From: Azolla caroliniana | Lineage: Eukaryota; Plantae; Polypodiophyta | Length of the DNA: 64,000 nt | Assembly (NCBI GenBank): GCA_043228905.1 | Contig: JBHGNT010000002.1 | Coordinates: 27,900,001-27,964,000 of the forward strand | Direction: 5' to 3' | Part shown: one piece after another, positions 51,420-64,000 of the stretch | Layout: each line of letters starts with the position of its first letter | How positions within the stretch are numbered: position 1 is the stretch's first letter | Position numbers and translations under genes: made by a program | Notes under the pieces: generated by a model | Database searches by the model: none | Told to the model about the DNA's origin: nothing | The model's input: the letters and a program-made list of their open reading frames with translations, nothing else

Positions 51420-54400
51420 TAAACGACAACATGAACCTATAATAAGAAAACAGTATTAAAGTAAGGATTGTATAACATTCTTGCACATTATAGAAAGAAA
51501 AATATGTCTAAATTAGGCCTTGATGAGTGGGCATAAGACTCATTAGGAAAGTTTTTGTGTCAAGAGTAGACTTTCTTATTCTAATGGCTCCAACTTGCAA
51601 ATTGAGGAACTACTTGGAAATAAAAAGAGAACAAGTGATTATACAATTTTCTACATTTATCATGAGATGCAAATAAAACAATTTCAAAGCTTGCTTTGCA
51701 ACATTGTCTCTTATTTCCAAACAAGTGTGGTGAGAACTTACTTGTTAACCTTTGGAACCCCATGAGAGAGGAGAATTGCAACAAAGGGAAAATGTTGCTA
51801 TATGTTGCAACAAGAGCTATCATTGGCATGCACCATTTTATAACGAATGATTCATTAGAGCAATATTGTGAAACACTGTTGTGGAAAACAACTTTTTCCC
51901 TTGGTTTATCAAGATTAACAAAACCTTGAATACTTATCAAAAAGATACTTGAATACTTTCAAAGTTTTTTATTCTAGAACATTGGACCTTCTATTGTAGT
52001 ATAATCTCGAACATTATGTGTACCAATTATACTAAACCTTGATTTTGTTTCCCACATAGAAATATCAAATGTCGATTGGTATAAAAAAACCTCACACAAT
52101 ACCGCAATCCATTGTTGAGCTTGGGCATGGGCCTTAGATCACATTTTGTTGTTGGTATCATTGCAATCATAATTGACATTGAGCTTCGAAACGTGAATCA
52201 ATATGTATTGTGATTTCATATTTGGGGCAAGAAAATGCCTAGGTCAAGTTCTCATGTACCATTAGGATTCATCATGTAAAAAGCTTCACAATCTCTTGAC
52301 CCCACTACCCTCTCAAACTTAGTTGTCATATACATGATCTCGTCATCAATTCCATCATCCTCTTTCATATTAGGAAGAACACGTTGCAACTCCCATAGAC
52401 ACAACTTGCACACGTTTGAGCACATTCAAGTCAACCATTGCACAAGCTTTTGGATTGCATACCCTACCTTTTTTTTTTATTACAATACATAGTTCAAACA
52501 TGTTGCAAGAAGCTTGGATGATTCTTCCTGAAGTAAGTTCTAAAGAATGCCCTAACCAGATTGATTTATCCATTTCACGCAATTCGGTCGGTTATGTGTT
52601 TTTCATAGCACCTTTCATGTCACGCCACATAAAGATGGATCACCTAAAATCAGTTGAATTCCTAAATCATGAAAACAACTTTCACATGACGACATCAAAC
52701 GGGGAGAAGGGTTTTCCTTGAATTTATGTATGCTTGCACTCAAGCGCAATTCGTACAAATCCCAATGCCATTTCCTTAACAAGGTTATTAGTAGGGGTGG
52801 GCATCTTGAGCAAGAGGAGGGGTTTCTCTCTAGGGTCTTCTTGGGTAGAAAAATGGACGTGGCCGTTTCTATGGCCAAAGAGAGTGCTTATCAATTGCTC
52901 GAGAAATGTCTCTGAATGTTTATATGAGTTGTTTGAACGTCCACACCATTTTACGGTAAGATTTTCAGGCCAAGCATTGGAATGTTTGGCACCAATGTCC
53001 ATGTGTGGCTAGGAGTTCTTGGGATGTGGATGCTGCAAAGTTCTGGTGGTAGTATGGTCATAATGCAAGGAAGAGTAGGGATGGGGAACCCATACAATAT
53101 TCAAAATGACTTTGAGTAAGCATAAAGGCATGTTGGGTTTAGTGCTTATACGAACAACCTTGTGATGATTGTGTCGATCATTTTGAGCTTCTAATTGCTC
53201 ACGCTCACAATGCATCATTTCTCATGCATATAGATAGATGGAATTGTAACTAGGCTAGTTCATTGATATGCCCAAACCTCTAGCTAATTCACTGTAAAGA
53301 GAGAAATATGAGAGATGAGAGGCTTGTCCTAATCGTAATATACATATGAAATAGACACAGATATGTGTACAATTGTTTATTATATATTTCCTTTCTATTT
53401 AATGTAATATCCACGTCATATCTACATTTTAGTGTTGGCAATACAAGAGAAGCTCAAATTAGACATTAATGTACTATCTTTTGCTATTTAGTATCCCGAC
53501 ATATCATATCATGGTTCCTAGCTAGATTTCTAAAATGTTGAACATACATGTCACATGTCATGTGTGGAATCCCACAAAGAATGTTGACGATGGTACGACG
53601 ACCAGAGCTAACTTGTACTCCAAACAATTTATGGAAGCCATAGTTCGAGGTAGCTATGGAATATATTTCAAGCCATAGTTCATGGTAGACTAAGATATGT
53701 AATATATATGTCTAAGGAAAGAGATGCAATAAGAGAAACTGGGCAATATTGAGGGACGAGATGGAATGAAAAGTGGAAGCCCATGGGCTTTGTATATGAG
53801 ATTGTCCATACTAGGGTTTTCGCACTAGGATATTGTGATCTCAGGGCAATTCAGGTGTGGTAATCCAACAAATATTAGGAAAACAGGTTGTTGCCCACAA
53901 CATCACAATTTACCCTAAATGACGCTTGTAAAAGGATATCCCATTTAATTATAAGTTTATTTATTTATTTATCTATGTGTTACATTTTCTTATTAGAGTT
54001 TGACAATTGTTTAAATCGTGATCTTTCTATGGTAAGATTGTGGTGTTCAAGGTCTACCTTTTTTGTCTAGCTGGAACTCATGCAATCTTTTGTTTGGATA
54101 CTTTCATTATGTCTTTACTGCGTGAGATGTCAATCTTCTTTCACTCGAAGGTTTCTTTTACAGTTCTACAAAAATGATTCCATAGAGTGACAAAAGACTT
54201 GCTCCCCTACATATTAACCAACATAGATTGAACGACAGACAAATTCATAAAATACATATTGTTAGAAAGAGAAGAGTGGTTACAAAGACTACCTTTGTAT
54301 GTGCTACCTTTAAATGTTAAAAGATTACCTTCCTTTGACAAAAGACGATCATCAAGGTTTCTGCTAGCATATAGTTACATACTAATAAATAAACACAAAA

Positions 54401-55440
54401 GTCAATGAATCTTATATGGAGAAAGTTTCATCATTGTAAACACTGGCGTTGAGATCTTGGACATCTAGCCACTTCTTAGTGTCTAATTATGTGAATTCAT
54501 GTTCTCGATGTTGCATGCTTTCAGTCTCAACATGGACTATTGGTTAGGAAGTTTGTTACCCAACTTTCAAAATATTTGTGGGTAAAAAATATGTAAATAA
54601 AGTTTCAACTAAGATCATGGTTCGAACCATTTACTATATAAAGTCATTTTGTTTGTTTATTATAGTTATTTCGCAATCGAAATTTCACAAATGAATGAGA
54701 GGCAAGTGATTCATGAGTAGAGTTCATCCTTTGTTACACGTAAATAAATGCATTCTATTGTACCGTGTACGTGATGTGTCATTTGGTTTTCCTTTATGAA
54801 ATAATTTTGGATTGTCCCATCATGTAGTCCTCAATGGCCATGATCAAAACTCAACAATGGTTATACTATATTCCTTAACCCTATGGACTTTCTCTACCAA
54901 CAATGACCTATATAACAAACCTATCATGAGAAACAGTTTCACAAGGACATGCCCTAGATGTGGCGGGGTTTTCACTCAAATGTTTAGAAGACATATATGA
55001 ATTTAGAAGAAACCATTTCTCATGATATTTACAAACCCAAATAATAAAATAAAAGGTAATTAGATAACCTAATATAAATTGTGGTGTGCTAAAATGATCA
55101 ATATGGTGATAGAATCAATGCCTAAATATGACACGATCTTTGTCCATGCAAGACTTTATTTCTATATACATTCCTTGGCATTGTTTTATGGAGAACTCCC
55201 AATGGCTCTTCATGTCTTTCTTCATTTACTAAGCTTGAAAGAGTGTGACGAGTATGTATAGACACGGCCTCAAAAAAAGTCTTTGTATGCATACAAAAAC
55301 GGTTTACTCAAAATGTCAATAGAAGTTGATAATATGACAATTTCTCCAAATTGACGTCAAACACATGCATATGGTAAAATTTGGAGAAGCCTAAGGTGGA
55401 AGTGTGTTGAGTCAAGGGGAGTGTAATATTTTACAGACTC

Positions 55441-55660
55441 ACCCAATGGAGATTAGAAGATCATGGGTTCAACAATTACTTTCCGTACTAGGGAAATTAG
55501 AGTGTTGTCTCGGTAAGGTTGCCCAATGGAGATTAGAAGGTCATGGGTTCAACAATTACTTTCCATACTAGGGAAATTAGAGTGTTGTCTCGGTAAGGTT
55601 ACCCAATGGAGATTAGAAGGTCATGGGTTCAACATTTACTTTCCATATACTAGGGAAATT
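55441..55660 (+). repeat. 80-bp tandem repeat (~2.7 copies) with a tRNA/SINE-like B-box
   Basis: CCCAATGGAGATTAGAAG(A/G)TCATGGGTTCAAC... at 55441, 55521 and 55601. Confidence 0.9.
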
Positions 55661-55972
55661 ACTAGGGCAAAAATAATTACAATAAAAAGAAAGAGGATAT
55701 TGTTGGCATCAAATTGTATTGTCTCTCGAGTATAACCACCACTTTTTCAATTTCACCTTGTTTTCAATTTGTGTATGTCTATATATACTTATGTTGCAAG
55801 TTGCAACCATGGATGTCAAACAGAGCATGTGGGAAATCAACTTTTTCAATGGCACTTGGGGAATGTCCCGCTAGAGACCTATGTATATGTAGGGAAGGCC
55901 GAGGGGGGGGGGGGTAACAATATTGCAATGGTAGTTTTTTTACATACAATTAATTTATTTGTGCTGTTTACG

Positions 55973-56011
<39 letters not shown>

Positions 56012-56260
56012 ATCATTACAAACTCATATGGCCTCGAGAAGGCCAACATTTGAAGACAATCTCTATCCGTCGTACGTTTAGAAAGAGAGATGGAGACAAA
56101 AAAAAAACAACCGTAAAATGCGCGGGGCCGACAAATGAAGCATTGAAAGACAACCCCACGGATCGAGAAAGCTGCGGTTGATAGCATTCGAGTTTCCTAT
56201 ACAAGAATAAGGAAAAAGGGCACTCACTAGACAAAGATCGTGTGCATGTATGGATCGGTG

Positions 56261-56426
<166 letters not shown>

Positions 56427-56524
56427 CTGTATTGGGGTGGATGATCTAAGGCGGTTAAATTATATCATGTGTGGCTATATGTATGTATGTAGGGGGGGGG
56501 GGGGGTTGGAAAGATGAAGAGAAG

Positions 56525-57040
56525 TCACGTGCAGGGGAGGGGTGTCACGTGCTTCTGATGGGCAATCTGAAACGAGCACCTCGCCACGTAATAAATGAAT
56601 TCAAAAAGAATGAGCTTCAGAACAGTGAAAAGTAAAAAGGAAAGAAGAAGAAGATTAAAAAAATGAGATGCCACAAATGTAAAACAGTAATCGTTCGTTA
56701 TGTATAAATCGTACCGTTAAAAAAAAAACCCATCGATGAGTATATTTCGACTCTTGCTTTCATTATAATCATAATAAAAATAAACCAATGATTAATAAAT
56801 CAAACGGGACTAATTTCAATCGATGCTGGTGTAAAAATGAGCAGAGGGATGTATAAAATTAACTAAAAAAAATTTCCAGGATTAAGGATCGTAAACTGAA
56901 ATAATTAAACATAATAATCCACAGCCCTGGACTGTTGGGCAGCACAAAAATAATTCAATCAGAAAAAGAAGAAAAAGAAAAGTCAGTATTGAATCAATTC
57001 GTCAGGTAGATAACGCAGAGATCATGGGTTTTGCTATAAA
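56525..57040 (+). promoter_or_regulatory. Putative GH1 promoter: two G-boxes (CACGTG), one CACGTA and a TATA box
   Basis: TCACGTGC at ~56525 and ~56545, GCCACGTA at ~56583, CTATAAAA at ~57034, about 100 bp before the ATG. Confidence 0.45.
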
Positions 57041-57134
57041 AAGAGAGTGAGAGGTATGTATGTGTGTGACTGAGTGAGTGAGAGAGAAAGAAAATACTCT
57101 GTTCTTCTACAAGAAGAACACGCCATTAATTATC

Positions 57135-60100
57135 ATGGAAGCTCGGATACAAGAAAATACTCTGTTCTTCTACAGGAAGAACACATTCATCTCCATTTTC
57201 CTCCTCTCATTCTTTCTTCCTCTTTGCATGTGCATCAGAACCAGAACTGGCTATGGTGCGCCTAAATCTTCTCTCTTCCCCAATGGCACTGGAACCACTC
57301 GAGCTGATTTCCCCTCAGACTTCCTCTTCGGCGCCATCACTTCGTCTATGAAGGTTCTAAACGACAATCCCTTCCTTGCTACTAATTACATGCTTAATCA
57401 TGTTTTGCTGCCCTTATTTTCACTCCATAACTCACCCCCATTTTCTTTAAATTGTAATGTGCTACTAATGATCCGCTTGTCCAAGTTTTGTTGCCCGACC
57501 ACTCAGACGATGCCCAACAGTCATCTACTTACTAATGGATGATTACGAACTAGTCTCGTGTTAATTATGTTCTTAATCACGTTTCAGCGCTCTAATATGT
57601 CGTTAAATATTCTTACCAAGGAGTGATTTGTGCGAGTCTAGTGCCTAAGCATGTTGAGCGCACATATTTTCGATCTCAAATGAATGCCCACCACTAATCC
57701 AGTTAACCGTTGTAATACGTAAGAAGAGTTGTGCTAGATAACCATTAATTATGTGGTCAACTATGTTTCAGCGCACTACTCAGTGTATTAACCATCAACT
57801 AATTACGCTTTAGTTTGTGTATGTGGGGAGGGGTAATGCTAACTCCAGTTTTCCCGGCAAACCTTAGTTTGGTGCACTAATTACCCTGCTAATCTTGATT
57901 ATCCCAAGGTTAAGCTAATGTGAGAAAAGGTTTCATCAAACTTTTTCCTATATTATGTATAATTTATATATAGATATATATTTCTTTGATCATGCCATGA
58001 AATCTTAGCAAGATTAATGGAGCTAACAGCTTCTAGAATTATTGTGAAAATGTCAGCATGAAGGGGCCGAGTTTATCGACAACAAGAGCGAGAACATTTG
58101 GGATGTCTATGCTCGCAGAGACGGTGAGCCTAATTTCATCTTAATGGGTAGGCACATGCGCTCCCAAGGAAATTAATTAATCTAACCTATACTCCCCTTC
58201 TTATTTTATGCTTCCAGATGCCTCAATGGACGGATCAATTCCCGGGCAGTGTGGCGACAATTACATTCAATATAAGGTTACAGACCTATTTCTACAATGT
58301 TATGATCAATCACAGTGTGCTATGTTCACCATTAACCTAATAAACATATACTATCTCCTCGAGTTTAACTTCTAATATCATAGCTACATCTAAATTTGCT
58401 TATGCTCATAACAAACAGTAACCTTATATGATATGAATTTATGGTTTATTTGTGGTGAATGACGCTAGAGAGAGACCCATTTGGTTCACGTACTTCCATT
58501 TTTGTTGGGCACATTTCTTATAACTATAGAATGGGCATAAATCCTAGTTTTAAGTGGTATACACTCAGGTTTAATGTCAGGTTCTATGATGCATCTAATA
58601 TCGAAATCATGGTTATCCCAGACTAGGGCGTGACTCACTTGGTGTAATTGACTCCATTGATGTATATATATATATAGACATAACATTTAACTGTGACCAT
58701 AAGTGGTTATCCTTTTGAAAATTTGCTAGAGCGATCATCAATTGCTGTTGGACATGGGGATGAACTCTTACAGATTGTCGATAGCATGGTCGAGGATCTT
58801 CCCAAGTAAGTGGCGTTTCACATGGTTTTTTCAAGGTTAAATTCTGTATCTATGACAGCTTGATCGTAATGCTTTTGTTGCAATGCCAATAATATATATA
58901 TAGATGGGAGTGGAGATGTAAATGAAGTAGCCATAGCCCATTACAATGCTGTCATTGATGACGTTCTAGAGAAAGGTGAGCAATCAGCTAGCTCTCTGTG
59001 CATATGAATTTTGAAACCAAATTCATTAAAATGAATACAGCATCAAAATGTCATTACAAACCCGAATGTATAAAGAAATGTCTTCAATCGATCAGCAATC
59101 ATTTATGGATCGACTGTCTACAAAATACTCGTAAAGCTTAATGTATTAAGTAAAGGCCCATGCCCTTCTGGTTGTGCTTTAGCATATGGTTTCTTGTTTG
59201 TGAAATTTGTCTCCAGGTCTAGTGCCCATGGTGTCCCTCTGGACACAAGATCACCCTCACGTTCTGGATCTTCGCTATGGCGGTGCTTTGAATGAACAAT
59301 TCATGTAAGGCTTGGGAGTGATAATTCCAATATCTTGTTGAATAATAATTCCTCCTTAACACAAATTTCTTCGATACCCCTTGTGGTTGCTTATAGTTGT
59401 CATAAGGTATTCGAAACCGTAAGAGTCTGAGTTTAATCCCCTAAACATCCATCACTTTTGCTTTTGGTCATTCCAGACAAGATTTCGCAAACTATGCCGA
59501 GACTTGTTTCGCGGCATTCGGGGACAGAGTACAGTATTGGATAACTTTCGATGAAGCCAATGATTGGGCAGGGTTAGGGTATTCCACCAATCAAAATCCA
59601 CCCGGACGATGCACCTCCAACATCGTTGGACAATTGAACTTGAACTATGGTACTTGTCCGGAAGGTGACTCCGGGACCGAACCATATATAGCTGGCCATA
59701 ATCTGATCCTTGCACATGGAGAGGCTGTGAGCATTTACAGAAGCAAATACCAGGTGAGATCATTGCAAAGGGTTCAAAATCCTTTTCTATCTTCTTACAT
59801 TCTGAGATAAATGGAACTCACCCAGCATTGCAGAATGATTATAAGTTGTTGCATGCGGACATTTTGAGTTAATTTGGTCATGTAATTGTGGAATAAACTA
59901 CTCATTTGAATTCTCCGACGTTGCTCCTTAAGCCGACCCAAAATGGGACGGTCGGATTGGGCATCTGGTTCAGATGGTCGGAGCCATTGACGAATTCGAC
60001 CGAAGATGTGGCGGCAGCACAGAGGGCAACCGATTTCCTAGTTGGATGGTCTCTTTCTCTTGCTCCTGTCTCTCTGCATATGCCTGTGATTTTCTCTTCT

Positions 60101-60204
60101 TCTTCTTCTTTTCCAATGCATATATACATACACATATAGTACTGAATTTGTCGTCTGTATGTATGCTGTATAGAGGATAATCAAATTCATGACTACACTA
60201 TTTA

Positions 60205-60250
<46 letters not shown>

Positions 60251-61566
60251 GATTGATGTTATGTGTAATTTGCCCCAACATTTGCCGCTCTTTGTGAGCA
60301 GGTTCTTGGATCCGATCTTCTTCGGTGATTACCCTCTGAGCATGCGTGAAAATGTGGGCTCCCGATTACCCAACTTCACGGAGGAGCAGATCGCCAAGGT
60401 GAAAGGATCTCTGGATTTCATCGGCATCAATTTCCTGACAGCTTTCTACGTCTACGAGTTTGATTTCTCCACCATCGATGATCGCCTCAGCTACTACTTG
60501 GACTGGAAAGTGAACGTGACAGGTATGGATTTGAACTCTACCACAACCACAGCCCCCATGAAACTGTTCAAGGGTTCAGGATTTAGTTTAGGGTTTTAAT
60601 TAGGGTTTAGATTTTAAGTTCTAGGTTCACTAATTTTTAAAAAACTTCTAGGGTTTAGGGTAATAATTGGGCTTTAAGGTTGAAGGCTTGGATAGTGGTA
60701 GGAGAATAGGTTTGTATATAGGGTTTAGGTTCACACCATATGATCGTTTCATTGACATGACCCATGTAAGTCTTGTAATTGGTTTTGGCAGGAATACGAG
60801 ACGGTGAATACATTGGGAAGGTACGTGTGTGTGTGTGCGCGCACCTAGATATTGAGCTATTATTCATGACAATCAATGTATGTAGAGGAGACTTAACACA
60901 TCACTAACCCGTAAATCCGATTGCGTATGTAGGGAGAGCACGATTACGCGGTGCCATGGAGCCTCAGGAAAACCGTCGAATACATCAAAGATAGATACGA
61001 TAACTTCCCACAATTTCTCACACAAACTGGTAAGGAATATTATTTGATCTTCATGGTATTAAAAGAAAATATTCAACTTCGATGAGAGAGAGAGAGATCA
61101 AATCGATATCCTAAGGAATGTTGCACTTTATTGCTCAATTATTTGTGTGTCATAGGTTGGGGTATGGAATACAATTACACTGAAGGATTTGATGAGCAAG
61201 CCGCACAAGAAACTCTCGATGATGATGAAAGGGTTGAATTTTTCCAAACTTATTATGATGAACTCGCCGCAGCTATCAGGTAGTAGCATTCGAATACATT
61301 TTTGCACGGACTTTTGTTGGTGTGATGAGACTAATATTAATTGAGAACTCCCTAATTTGTTGGTGTTTTTTTATGGATATTGTAGGGAAGGTGCCAATGT
61401 GAAGGGAGCATATGCATGGTCTTTGATAGATGGCTTTGAATTCAATTTGGGAATGGGAATACGAGTTGGCCTTTACTACGTGGACAAAGATCTCAATAGA
61501 CACCCAAGGAAGTCGGCACAATGGTTCAAGGAAATGCTTGCCCAAAATAACACTGCACTTGCATAG
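57135..61566 (+). CDS. Glycoside hydrolase family 1 (beta-glucosidase-like) protein with an atypical active site; 13 exons (~57135-57353, 58057-58123, 58218-58276, 58730-58805, 58904-58975, 59217-59304, 59477-59752, 59933-60048, 60302-60522, 60792-60820, 60933-61029, 61157-61279, 61386-61566)
   Basis: [61 protein letters not shown] and [14 protein letters not shown]; hydrophobic N-terminal segment; the usual plant GH1 13-exon layout with GT-AG sites. Confidence 0.92.
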
Positions 61567-62059
61567 TCCAACTTAGTAACATATGAGATGCACCTTCAGG
61601 ATAGAAAGAGACATTAAAAGTTAGAAGTGGTTTCAAGAATCCTTGAATTTAGCACGATTGTTTGAATACTCTCGAGATGTCAAAACTATTGCATTATAGG
61701 CGCAATCCGAATGAGCCAAATGTTTTTCGATGGAGTACTTCATCACTTTTGAGGTGTCTCATTCAATTCCTACGTTGGGAAGGTTTGAGTGTTGATTCAT
61801 AACTAAAGTATTTCCTTGGGAATATGTCAATAGAGGGCAGTACAATCTTGAAGAGCTAATGTTTTTCGATGGAATAAATCTTCACTTTTGTGATATTTGA
61901 TTCAATTTCCCCAAAGTGATGTGTTGTGTGGATTCTCGAGCTATCATGATATTTGAATTTATTATGTTTTTTTTCCCGTGCACAAATGCATCATCATGAA
62001 TGATTTATCTATACATTCTTTGCTTATACTCTCTCTCTCTCTCTCTCTCTCTCTTCAAT

Positions 62060-62120
62060 TGGTAAGGGTCCCCAATGGAGACCAGGTGGTCATGGGTTCA
62101 ACCCCTACATTCCATTGTGG
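62060..62120 (+). mobile_element. tRNA-derived SINE-like head
   Basis: TGGTAAGG...CCCAATGGAG...GGTCATGGGTTCAACCCC (A-box/B-box-like), similar to the 55441 unit. Confidence 0.5.
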
Positions 62121-63146
62121 CATCTAGTGAAATAGAGATATATATGAAGTATATAATAGAGAGGTGGGGAAATTGGGTTTCGAACCCAAGAACAATGCTT
62201 GTAGTGTTATCGACTTACAACGATAAAGAGAGAGAGAGAGAGAGAGTATAAGCAAAGAATGTAGGTGTATTAACAAGAAGAGCTCGATAATTATAAGAAA
62301 TATATACATGAAGATTAGTGTTGAATCAAAATGGTTCATTAATGACAAGATTACTTGCATATGGCTAAACTATCTAGGAAAAGTTAAAACAAATATGTCC
62401 CCTTTGTTTGACAATGACTTGCACAAAGCGTGAGATTTGGGACTTTATAAGTTTATAGTATATTGGGATATCAATTATCAAATTAGGCTACAAGTTTTGT
62501 GCCATTAGAGAGTTTCTCAGTAAGTTACTAACCTCCCAAGTTTGATCACGAAGAGTATAACCTAACCAATCAACTAAGTAAAATAATATGCTATGCACAA
62601 CCATGGAGCCTTAAATGACATCCACCTTTTATTCTAAACCATTGACAAGCCCAACAAGAGGTCATGGGTGAGGACAATGCAATCCATAATAGAGCTAGCT
62701 AGTCAAAGCAAAATTAGGTTCCAAAAGTGATACACCCAAGATAGAGATGAAGATAGAGATAACAAGATGTTGATAATTTAGCTTGTTGCAAGGTATAGTT
62801 AAAGAGTCAATTTTTAGGTGCTTATCAAGAAGAATTGAGAGGATATTATCTACAATTTTTTTATTTGTAGTTTGATCATCATGAATATGTTGATGGGTCG
62901 GTGTGCAATTGTGTTCACACATAAATGTAGCCCATACTAAGTGTAGATTGCCAAGGGTTTGTGCTCTTACATTAAGTATGCTGATTTCAAATGATAAATT
63001 TTTAACTTTGTCTAGTAACATAGATATAGGTAATGGTGAGAAACATATGATTAGTCAATTCAATGTCATTAGATTTGTTTATTGTGTTTCTCTAACCATT
63101 CATGTTTAAAACTACGAAGCTTATGTGAAGTTTGGTTATCAAAGCC

Positions 63147-63352
63147 AAGGACCCACATCCTAACTTCACTTGAAAAGTTTATCCCTAAATTTTTTTAAGG
63201 ACTAACGTCAAATATAGTAAAAACATGTTAGAAAGAGAAGCATTTAGCAAAGGACCCACTAGCAAAATTCACTTGAAAAGTTTATCTATAAAGATTTTTA
63301 AGGACTAACGTCAAACATAGTAAAAAGATGTTAGAAAGATAAGCATTTAGCA
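63147..63352. repeat. ~103-bp tandem duplication
   Basis: AAGGACCCAC...TTCACTTGAAAAGTTTATC...AAGCATTTAGCAA occurs twice. Confidence 0.9.
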
Positions 63353-64000
63353 ATAGAGGAAGAATGGCAACACATGCAAGCATGCCTATTTGTGAAGATT
63401 TTTAATTCATACAAAGAGGATCATAACGAAAGCACAAAATATATATATATATATAACTTCAGGTTTTAGGATTGTACTTTCGAACGTCGTATCTAAGTTT
63501 GTATCCTCACAATAATATATCCTACGTGTGTGACACGGGTCACTTCAACTATTCCTTTTGTCAATGAAAGTTCCTTTGCCTTCAATTCAAGTCACGGTCA
63601 TTTAAATTTACCTGTGATGCACATATGAGTTATCTTCTTGACAAGAGTTCTTACAAAACTGTGGTTGAAATAAAACCAATATATTACATGTGAAAGGACA
63701 ATGTGAAAGCAACACTTTTGTACATCATGTTTAAGAGACTATAAACTTAAAACACCCCTCATCATCTTATCGACCTACTGTTGTTTATAGATCTATGATA
63801 TTGCCTCCGTGGATTTCTCAAATTTTACATTTTTATATAAACATAACAGTGAAAGATTGTGCTTTGTACCTTAAGGTTGTTGACTCAAGTCTCAAATGGT
63901 TTGATGTTGCATTCATTGTACAAAAATTGCCACCTTGTTTTGCCATTGCTTGCCACTTGATTGGCAATCATGCAAATTTATTGTATTGTAGCAAACATGG

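Noticed and set aside
60575-60730. TTAGGG-like repeats in a GH1 intron as a telomere-healing site
   Set aside because: Short, scattered and degenerate; such telo-like tracts are common in plant introns.
62060-62120. tRNA gene
   Set aside because: B-box-like motif present, but no acceptor stem or cloverleaf could be formed.

Overview
Eukaryotic, AT- and microsatellite-rich land-plant nuclear DNA; a fern-like origin is inferred from the PPR style and repeat landscape, not proven. Five host genes are supported: a PLS/E-class PPR gene (+), a two-exon GT34 xyloglucan glycosyltransferase (-), PEX12 (-), a DUF3527-family gene (+) and a 13-exon glycoside hydrolase family 1 (GH1) gene (+). The GH1 gene has an intact reading frame and splice sites. 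However, its catalytic nucleophile (ITENG->LTQTG) and nearly every glycone-binding residue are replaced, which points to a neofunctionalised or non-catalytic GH1-fold protein; this is the most interesting observation. A ~6.5 kb Mutator-like element (2380-8901, TIRs, candidate 9-bp TSD) carries an intact zinc-finger + Ulp1 protease gene, a 5'-deleted DDE/SWIM transposase and several short-motif arrays. The rest is solo LTRs, LINE fragments, a pogo/Tc1-like MITE, SINE-like heads and tandem repeats. All calls come from reading the sequence by eye; no database search was run.
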